Of a stretch of DNA of 22,306 nucleotides, positions 16,160 through 22,306 are shown one piece after another. The stretch's first letter is position 1, and every line of letters starts with the position of its first letter. The notes under the pieces were generated by a model. The model searched no databases. It was not told the DNA's origin and saw only the letters and a list, made by a program, of their open reading frames with translations. The position numbers were made by a program, and so were the translations under genes. The DNA is from Chitinophagales bacterium (GTDB taxonomy: Bacteria; Bacteroidota; Bacteroidia; Chitinophagales; Saprospiraceae), in NCBI GenBank assembly GCA_038230555.1, contig JBBRMZ010000065.1, positions 1-22,306 of the forward strand. Direction: 5' to 3'.

Positions 16160-16768
16160 ATGAAAATATTCTGCATCGGTCGCAATTATGCCGAGCACGC
16201 TAAAGAGCTGAATAACGCCGTTCCCGAACTGCCAATTATTTTTATGAAGCCGCCGACGGCTCTGTTGCTGGAAAACAAACCGCTGTATTATCCCGAGTTT
16301 ACCCAGCATCTGCATTATGAACTGGAGGTCGTGCTGCGGGTCTCTAAAAACGGCAAACATATTGAAGAACGGTTCGCCCGCAAATATTACGATCAAATCG
16401 CTTTAGGGATAGACTTTACCGCCCGCGATATTCAGGATCAATTAAAAGCCAAAGGTCGCCCCTGGGAAATCGCTAAAGGTTTTGACGGTTCGGCAGCGTT
16501 AAGCGCGTTTACTCCATTGGAACAGTTTGACCTTGCCAATATTCGTTTTCAATTAAAAAAGAACGGAGAAGTCGTTCAGTCGGGCGAGACTAAGTACTTG
16601 ATTTTTTCTTTCGACTACCTGATCCATTATATTTCTTTGTATTTCACGTTGCAACAGGGGGACGTCATTTATACGGGGACGCCTGCGGGGGTTGGGCCGG
16701 TTCAGACGGGAGATCGTTTAGAAGGGTTTTTAGAGGACCGGTTGTTGTTGAGTTGCGAAATTAAATAA
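16160..16768 (+). CDS. fumarylacetoacetate hydrolase (FAH) family protein
   Basis: MKIFCIGRNYAEHAKE N-terminus, HYELEVV, FDYLIHYIS and GDVIYTGTPAGVG motifs of small FAH-family hydrolases/isomerases. Confidence 0.9.
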   Translation: MKIFCIGRNYAEHAKELNNAVPELPIIFMKPPTALLLENKPLYYPEFTQHLHYELEVVLRVSKNGKHIEERFARKYYDQIALGIDFTARDIQDQLKAKGRPWEIAKGFDGSAALSAFTPLEQFDLANIRFQLKKNGEVVQSGETKYLIFSFDYLIHYISLYFTLQQGDVIYTGTPAGVGPVQTGDRLEGFLEDRLLLSCEIK

Positions 16769-16779
16769 TCTATTTTATC

Positions 16780-17159
16780 TTATTTCAATATGCCCAGTCG
16801 AGGAGAATTTACCAGCAGTTGCATCTGATGAATCGCAATTTCGTTTAATTTTGTTAGCCGCTCCGGCTTGGATAAACCCATCTTAATAAACTCCGCTTTT
16901 AGATTTTTAAGAGATTGAAGCCTGCTTCTTTTTTAACCTCCTCGAATTGCACGAGGTTAAAATCCGGATTATTCAATATTTCCCAAACTCCAAGAAACTG
17001 AACGGTATCTTTATTTCTTATCCAGTTTGCAATAACGTCGGCAGGCGAATCTTCATTAAATTTTTTAGCAATATCTGTTAATGAAAAATACTCGTCCTGA
17101 GCGGCGACGGAAAATAAACTAATTTCGTTACCATCAACGGTTATTGTCTTTTTTGTCAT
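16780..17159 (-). pseudogene. KilA-N domain protein, internally deleted and frameshifted remnant
   Basis: The 86-aa ORF (16899-17159) matches only the N-terminal third of Bacteroidota KilA-N proteins (YFSLTDIAKKF...IANWIRNKDTVQFLGVWEILNNPDF...EAGFN). It stops where the conserved core should follow. A different frame (16780-16896) reads AEFIKMGLSKPERLTKLNEIAIHQMQLLVNSPRLGILK*, which resembles the usual C-terminal tail. Confidence 0.65.
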
Positions 17160-17335
17160 ATCTCATAGTTTTCTTTGCGTAAAAATAAGCAATGCATTAA
17201 AACTACCAACTAAAATGAATATATTCCTAAGATTTTTTGTGTTACTTTGAATTCGGTTCAACGCGTATACAGCAATCCATCTTGAAATACTTCTAAAATT
17301 TAAACTTGCCAGCCTCTCCCCGAACCCTCGGCGTC

Positions 17336-17410
17336 TTCAGCAAGCCCCGAATCGAAGCCTTTAGCGACGGCGTCTTCGCCATTGTCGTAACGCTGCTGGT
17401 TTTCGAATAG
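17336..17410 (+). pseudogene. orphan fragment of a TMEM175/DUF1211-type membrane protein gene
   Basis: It translates to FSKPRIEAFSDGVFAIVVTLLVFE*, the signature first helix (RxEAFSDGVFAIxxTLLV) of DUF1211/TMEM175. There is no start codon upstream in frame and a stop follows immediately. Confidence 0.5.
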
Positions 17411-17545
17411 CTATCGAAGAAAAGCAGAACGAAACGGGCTTTTTTTTGTTGAACTCAAATTCTGCGACGGTTGAACAGACCGCTCTGCTATAAGCGCCGT
17501 AAGCGGCGCGAAAAAGTTTACTCCTTCACCTTAATACTTTACTTT

Positions 17546-18196
17546 ATGCAAATCACCATTATTGGCGCAGGCGCCGGTATCTCGAACGCCGTCGCCCGTT
17601 TGTTTGGCGGGCAGGGCTTTTCCGTGGGCCTTATTGCGCGCAACGAAGAAAAACTGACCGTTGAAGCGGCGGCTTTAAACGCTTTAGGCGTCCGGGCCGC
17701 GTACGCCGTCGGCGACGCGGGCGACGGAACATCGCTGCGCGCGGCGTTGGATAAAATAGCCGGAGAACTGGGGCCGGCCGACATCGTTTTATATAACGCG
17801 TATACACGGGCGTTTAAGGGGATCGAAAAAGAGACCTGGGCGGGCGTGCAGGAACAAATGAACGTCAACGCGGGGGGCGCGTTTCATCTGCTGCAATATT
17901 TGCTTCCGAATATGAAAGCGGCCAACGCGGGTAAACTATTTTTCACCGGCGGCGGTCTTTCTCTTGCTCCGCAGCCGAATCTTATCGGTCTGGGCATGGG
18001 CAAGGCGGCGTTGCGCAATTTGGTTCACGGCGTGGCGGGCGGGCTGAAAAACAGCAACGTGCATCTTGCCACCGTTACCGTTTGCGGTTATGTGAATGAG
18101 AAAGACCCGAAATATAATCCGAACGCTATCGCTGCGGAGTTTTGGAAATTGTATCAACAGCAGCCCGGCGGGTTTGAAACGGAGATTGTTTATTAA
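17546..18196 (+). CDS. SDR family NAD(P)-dependent oxidoreductase
   Basis: Start moved to MQITIIGAGAGISNAVA, a Rossmann G-x-G-x-G-type motif at the N terminus. NAYT and later G-rich segments are present. The gene is visibly more GC-rich than its neighbours. Confidence 0.8.
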   Translation: MQITIIGAGAGISNAVARLFGGQGFSVGLIARNEEKLTVEAAALNALGVRAAYAVGDAGDGTSLRAALDKIAGELGPADIVLYNAYTRAFKGIEKETWAGVQEQMNVNAGGAFHLLQYLLPNMKAANAGKLFFTGGGLSLAPQPNLIGLGMGKAALRNLVHGVAGGLKNSNVHLATVTVCGYVNEKDPKYNPNAIAAEFWKLYQQQPGGFETEIVY

Positions 18197-18272
18197 CCGT
18201 CGCCTTTTTCAACTAATATATTGATTTGCAAGTAACTCTATAATTTTAACAGGCGCGCTTGCCGCTTATATA

Positions 18273-18325
18273 AAAATCCATATTTGCAGAAAACGTCTTT
18301 CCTGCGAATGTGGATTTTCTTATTG
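18273..18325 (+). terminator. long hairpin terminator after the SDR gene
   Basis: 17-bp stem AAAATCCATATTTGCAG(18273-18289)/CTGCGAATGTGGATTTT(18302-18318). Its two non-Watson-Crick positions are G-U pairs only when transcribed from the + strand. It is followed by TTTTCTTATT. Confidence 0.6.
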
Positions 18326-18581
18326 GCAGGAAACGGGTTTTCTGTACGTTAGTAAACGAGTAATGCATCTCTATTGGGGGAACCTATTTCCACCGCGCTG
18401 CGCCTGATTCAGGATATTAAATAACTACATATATAGCGCACAAACAGAAAGGCTACAAACGCGACCGGGTCTTTATTTTTGAGGATAATGCGCAGATCTT
18501 TGAATAGGATTCTTTGCCGCTTTGGCAATCGGTTGGCTTCTTTTCTCTTCCGTTCACTTTAGGTATTTTTCATCTGCGGCT

Positions 18582-18675
18582 TAGGTATGACTCAGATTGG
18601 GGGATTATTCTGACCTTACCTAAGTATGACTCAGGTATGGCTTTGGTCTGGCTTTGATGGGTTATTCAGACCTTA
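18582..18675. repeat. pair of composite direct repeats (TARGTATGACTCAG ... GGGWTTATTC(T)GACCTTA)
   Basis: TAGGTATGACTCAG 18582-18595 and TAAGTATGACTCAG 18621-18634. GGGATTATTCTGACCTTA 18601-18618 and GGGTTATTCAGACCTTA 18659-18675. An internal 11-bp pair, GGCTTTGGTCT/GGCTTTGATGG, lies at 18639-18660. Confidence 0.7.
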
Positions 18676-18682
18676 GTTATAC

Positions 18683-18715
18683 GTGACTTATATGTGCCTT
18701 ATATGTGACTTGAGG
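18683..18715. repeat. three tandem 11-bp units GTGACTTATAT / GTGCCTTATAT / GTGACTTGAGG
   Basis: Read directly from the sequence. The end of the block (GCCTTATATGTGACTTGAGGGG) is 18/22 identical to GGCTTATATGCGACTCGGGGGG at 11068-11089. Confidence 0.75.
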
Positions 18716-18930
18716 GGTTTTTACAAAGGCGTAGTACGGTTTGTATAAGGGTCATATAAGGCTTATTTTATAAGGCTTATTATGGAGTCAGTCAGGTAGC
18801 CGAGGGGGAAAGTTTAGGTTTTATTATTTGTGCGAGGTCAAACTTAGGAAGGGAAGTTTATTCTTTTATTGATTGTGCATAACTTGTTGAAATATTTTTA
18901 TAAAAGAATTTAAAATATTATTTATTTTTA

Positions 18931-18959
18931 TTGACAGAGTTGTGTTATATCATTATATT
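18931..18959 (+). promoter_or_regulatory. sigma70-consensus-like promoter TTGACA-17-TATATT
   Basis: TTGACA 18931-18936, exact 17-nt spacer, TATATT 18954-18959. The same -10 region also reads TAtaTTTG (18954-18961), which fits the Bacteroidota -7 motif TAnnTTTG. The region is AT-rich, so a chance match is possible. Confidence 0.35.
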
Positions 18960-19308
18960 TGCAATTATATGAGAAAGCAATATATTCAATGTTGTAAAAA
19001 CGAGTGTTTTCTCTATGAAATATATCTCCATTCTTGCTCTTGCTTCCGCAGCATGTTTTCGATTGGGTGAACGTCTGCCGTTTCCTTCTACCTTTTATTT
19101 ATTGGGGCAGTCCGACGGCTGGTCGTTACGGATCCGCAATGCTTAATATAAGGACTGTCATTGTCCAAATGAGTATGCCTTATTTTCACCCTATACGTTA
19201 CGAAGAATGGGGAGCACGATACCTTGTCAATTTATTTGTTTCTATATCTGAAAAGTAAATGGAATCTCCTGCACGTGAAAATTAGACCATATTACCTGAC
19301 AAAAATTC

Positions 19309-19337
19309 TTGACAATACAAAATAGATAACGTATAAG
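19309..19337 (+). promoter_or_regulatory. sigma70-consensus-like promoter TTGACA-17-TATAAG upstream of the nuclease-helicase gene
   Basis: TTGACA 19309-19314, exact 17-nt spacer, TATAAG 19332-19337, about 88 nt before the ATG at 19425. Two further TATATTTG motifs lie at 19361-19368 and 19382-19389. Confidence 0.4.
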
Positions 19338-19424
19338 TTATATGTTATTTGTAAAAGAAGTATATTTGTATGCGTATAATATATATTTGAATTACATTTT
19401 ATTTAATGCAGCACCATACTAACT

Positions 19425-21266
19425 ATGTTTAGCAGACTAATTCCTTCGTGGGAACACATTAATAACTTCAAGCAACCGCTGACAGAAGGAGAAAATTATT
19501 TACTTAAATTCTTAGACGAACATTTAAAGAAAGACGAAACTTTCCAAGAAGGCGGAGAATTAACAAAATATAACGGTTGGTTAATTTTTATTCAGCCATT
19601 TTTAAATGGCATCCGACCAGACTTAATTGTATTTAATCCAAACATAGGTGTACAAATAATAGAGGTAAAAGATTGGAATTTATACAATTATAAGTTTGAA
19701 AAAAACAAGCTAGATAAGTGGGATTTTTATGTGACAGACAATAAAGGTAGCTATCCAATAAAATCACCTGTTAAGCAAGTTGAATATTATAAAGAACAAT
19801 TAATAGGTCAATTGATACCACAAATTGGCGAGGAAATAGATAAAAACGTAAAGCAGTACGGACTAATTAAAACATCAATCTATTTTCATAAGGCTACGAC
19901 AAAACAGGTGCAGGAACTTTTCGAAAACCAAAGTAAGAACTATCCTTATTTTCCTGTATTTGGTAGAGATTCTTTGTTAGCTACAAACTTGCGGCAAATT
20001 ATTCCAAACAGTTATTTGACTGAAAGTATTTATTGGCCCAAAGATTGGAATAAAGAAATTTTATTTTGGCTTAATCCACCATTTCATTCACTTGAACAAG
20101 GAACTAAGCTCGTGTTAAATACATATCAAAAGAAATTTGCCGAACCACAAAAAGGGCATTACAGAGTAAGAGGTGTTGCAGGTAGTGGCAAGACACAAGT
20201 ATTAGCCTTCCGAGCAGGGAATCTTGCTTCGCAAGGCTACCGAGTTTTAATACTTTCGTTTAATATTACCCTTTGGCATTACATAAGGGATATGGTACAA
20301 AGAAGTCCTTTTAGTTTTAGTTGGGATAGATTTACTTTTAGACACTTTCATGGGTTTTGTAAAGACATACTAAATGAGTTTGGGGAAAACTGGCCTACAG
20401 AAAGTGGGGATGATGAAGAAACCTTTAGAGAAATTGTTCCAAATAAAGTTCTTAAAGCTATTCAAAAAGGTACATATGAAAAGTATGATGCAATTTTTAT
20501 TGACGAAGGCCAAGATTATTATATTGAATGGTATAGTATGCTTTGTCGGTTTTTGACACCCAGGGATGAAGTGGTCGTCGTTTGTGACAAAAAACAAAAT
20601 ATTTATAATCGTGAAATGGAATGGCTTGATAAAAGACGAAGCGGAGTAGAAAAATTTGGAGATTGGATAGAATTAAAAACTATCGTTAGGCTTCCAGAAA
20701 AAATTGCGGGGATAACAAAAATATTTAGCGAGAAGTTCAATCTAAATCAAGACGTAAGAGTTGAAAAGGTTGAACGACCAGACCTTTTTACTCAATACGA
20801 AGAACATTCAATGTGGCTAAATGTAGAACAAAAAGAATGGCTTAATAAAGTTAACGAAAGCTATGAAATTATTAAAGAAAATGGTACTTCAAAACATGGT
20901 TCTGATATGGTAATATTGGTGCCTGACAAAAATTATGGTTTTGCATGCGTAAACCTTTTTGAATTAACAAAAAATGTGAAAGTCAATCACGTATTTGAAA
21001 ACGAAGAAGAAAAACGTTATCATAAACATAAGAAGTCATTTTGGATGGGGGACGGTAGATTAAAAATATCTACGATACATAGTTTTAAAGGGTGGGAAGT
21101 CCTAAATGTAATTTTATTTATACCTGAAAGCTATTACGGCGCAGAAGATGCATATGACAAAATCGTTTATACTGCGATGACGAGAACACGGCAAAATTTA
21201 ATAGTAATAAATGCAAACAGAAGGTATTGGGAATTTGGCGATGGATTATCTAAATCATGGAGATAA
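19425..21266 (+). CDS. NERD / PD-(D/E)xK-like nuclease domain fused to an SF1 (UvrD-like) helicase
   Basis: N-terminus: TEGENYLLKFL ... RPDLIVFNPNIGVQIIEVKDW, a D66...E80-x-K82 restriction-endonuclease-like motif in a NERD-type context. Helicase core: Walker A GVAGSGKT (250-257), Walker B IFIDEGQDY (357-365), motif III-like CDKKQNIY, motif V-like STIHSFKGWE, motif VI-like VYTAMTRTRQNLIVI. The gene is visibly AT-rich relative to the core genes. Confidence 0.85.
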   Translation: MFSRLIPSWEHINNFKQPLTEGENYLLKFLDEHLKKDETFQEGGELTKYNGWLIFIQPFLNGIRPDLIVFNPNIGVQIIEVKDWNLYNYKFEKNKLDKWDFYVTDNKGSYPIKSPVKQVEYYKEQLIGQLIPQIGEEIDKNVKQYGLIKTSIYFHKATTKQVQELFENQSKNYPYFPVFGRDSLLATNLRQIIPNSYLTESIYWPKDWNKEILFWLNPPFHSLEQGTKLVLNTYQKKFAEPQKGHYRVRGVAGSGKTQVLAFRAGNLASQGYRVLILSFNITLWHYIRDMVQRSPFSFSWDRFTFRHFHGFCKDILNEFGENWPTESGDDEETFREIVPNKVLKAIQKGTYEKYDAIFIDEGQDYYIEWYSMLCRFLTPRDEVVVVCDKKQNIYNREMEWLDKRRSGVEKFGDWIELKTIVRLPEKIAGITKIFSEKFNLNQDVRVEKVERPDLFTQYEEHSMWLNVEQKEWLNKVNESYEIIKENGTSKHGSDMVILVPDKNYGFACVNLFELTKNVKVNHVFENEEEKRYHKHKKSFWMGDGRLKISTIHSFKGWEVLNVILFIPESYYGAEDAYDKIVYTAMTRTRQNLIVINANRRYWEFGDGLSKSWR

Positions 21267-21943
21267 AACAGCGTGTAACATTGTGCTTTGTGTGAGTGAA
21301 GCGGATAAACTACAATTTAGCTATTTGCAAATTATAATATAATACTGCACAAACTCGGACAGACATTTAAGGTAATAAAGTTTGCCTTTAAACCTCTACA
21401 TTCTGTCAAATATGGAAAAAAGTTCATTCGGTACACAAGGCTACTTTTACAACGAAAGTCGCTTTGGAGGCGCTGAAAGTGCAAAGAGGATTTTCACAGA
21501 TTGCGGATCATTAAAGTCTAAATACAAATCAGGTTGTCGATCATCAGAATATCATTGTCGAAAGACTGGCCAGTCTTTACGGAGCGATTTTGGCACACGT
21601 AAAATATGAACACATTTATATATACGTGTATGAAAATGGAAAAGACTTACATTAGGGCCTGACACAATTTATCGACTTGTTTGCTATAAGCGCTGACGTT
21701 AGATGCTGAATTATTGAACGTCCCATACGGGGTTTAATCAAAAAAACGATTATCTTTGTTCAAGCGGTTTTTATCTTACTTTCACCCATTATTTGTCCGA
21801 AGTATGGAGAATGCTACAAAACATCAGCAATATGCGATCATTGGACTTCAGTTGTGGGCAGACGAAATGCTAATTCCCAAACTACAGCAAGCATTGTTCG
21901 TTAGCAGCAAGCTTATTGCAACCACTCAATGAATTGAGGGTAT

Positions 21944-22306
21944 ATGAGTTTAGAGACCAAATCACAACAGTTAAAAGACATTATTGCTACCTATAACGCT
22001 GACTGGCTCCTAGGTGACCTTTCTGCGCTAATACATGCTGGTAGAGAAAGAGCTATTGACCAATTAGGAGAGTTGTCTTCTCCTCAACGGCAGTTATATT
22101 ATCTAGCGGGGCTAAATATAAGTTCAGACCCAATTAATGGACTTGACGTAATGTTTACTCATGAAAAATGGAACTCAATTGTAACTTTACTCAATGAAAT
22201 TGAAGCGGAATATGACAAACTATTCTTTCCTGCTAAACCTGAAGAAGTGAGGTACTCCCCATTCTTAGGACAAATTTCAACTAAAACTAAGGTGGAGTCA
22301 ATGTGA
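21944..22306 (+). CDS. hypothetical protein (120 aa), no family recognised
   Basis: ATG preceded by GAGGG 6 nt upstream. Plausible amphipathic helical sequence. The stop codon is the last three bases of the window. Confidence 0.4.
   Translation: MSLETKSQQLKDIIATYNADWLLGDLSALIHAGRERAIDQLGELSSPQRQLYYLAGLNISSDPINGLDVMFTHEKWNSIVTLLNEIEAEYDKLFFPAKPEEVRYSPFLGQISTKTKVESM

Noticed and set aside
17494-17509. GCGCCG-TAAG-CGGCGC hairpin upstream of the SDR gene as a terminator
   Set aside because: It has only a 6-bp stem and no following U-tract on either strand, so the support for a terminator or operator call is insufficient.
18582-18720. Direct repeats upstream of an enzyme gene as a type III toxin-antitoxin (ToxI-like) RNA array
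   Set aside because: The repeats are imperfect and of unequal length (37 versus 55 nt). They lie about 700 nt and two promoters away from the helicase gene, and the downstream protein is not a ToxN/AbiE-type endoribonuclease.
19034-19258. 74-aa ORF in the helicase leader (TTG start)
   Set aside because: It has a non-ATG start and no domain, and its composition looks like an out-of-frame reading of the signal-peptide ORF at 19015. I kept only the shorter ATG-initiated ORFs, as low-confidence observations.
21382-21609. 75-aa ORF downstream of the helicase as a partner protein
   Set aside because: It has a TTG start (the internal ATG gives 65 aa) and a basic, Ser/Gly/Arg-rich low-complexity sequence with no motif. 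I mention it only as part of the ORF-poor block.
1-22306. Search for tRNA, rRNA, transposase or integrase genes that could anchor an island
   Set aside because: No T-arm/acceptor-like pattern (GGTTCGAATCC-type), no rRNA-like segments, and no DDE or tyrosine/serine recombinase motifs were found in any listed ORF.

Overview
The window looks like a Bacteroidota chromosome segment. Supporting signs are the bamD-rpoZ-coaBC-DUF4835 gene order, lipoprotein-rich content, and little Shine-Dalgarno signal. Positions 1 to about 16.77 kb are ordinary core genes. They include a TonB-dependent receptor 3' end, RNase R, an ElaA-like GNAT, YraN, an Smr protein, a methyltransferase, ApaG, a TetR unit, a metallophosphoesterase, a Met-rich metal-binding lipoprotein, BamD, RpoZ, CoaBC, a DUF4835 protein and an FAH-family hydrolase. 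From about 16.78 kb to the window end the sequence becomes a compositional mosaic that looks accessory. It holds an internally deleted KilA-N pseudogene, a TMEM175/DUF1211 gene fragment and a visibly GC-rich SDR gene. These are followed by about 1.2 kb of repeat-dense, ORF-poor DNA and a visibly AT-rich 613-aa protein. That protein fuses an N-terminal NERD / PD-(D/E)xK-type nuclease motif to a complete SF1 (UvrD-like) helicase core. After it come more ORF-poor DNA and an unrecognised 120-aa ORF that ends at the window edge. The nuclease-helicase gene and its unusual non-coding flanks are my best candidate for a defence-type system, and it may be truncated by the window end. The second notable signal is a dispersed C-free heptanucleotide satellite, (GGTRAAT)n and variants. 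It occurs in four intergenic spacers, plus one unrelated heptamer array. The largest array has 20 units with a 14-bp higher-order period. I also see a shared family of 11-bp-phased short repeats at two long spacers (about 11.0 kb and 18.6-18.85 kb) and a pair of near-identical palindromic operator candidates around the TetR gene. No rRNA, tRNA, CRISPR array, transposase or integrase could be supported. All family assignments come from motif recognition by eye; no database search was run.
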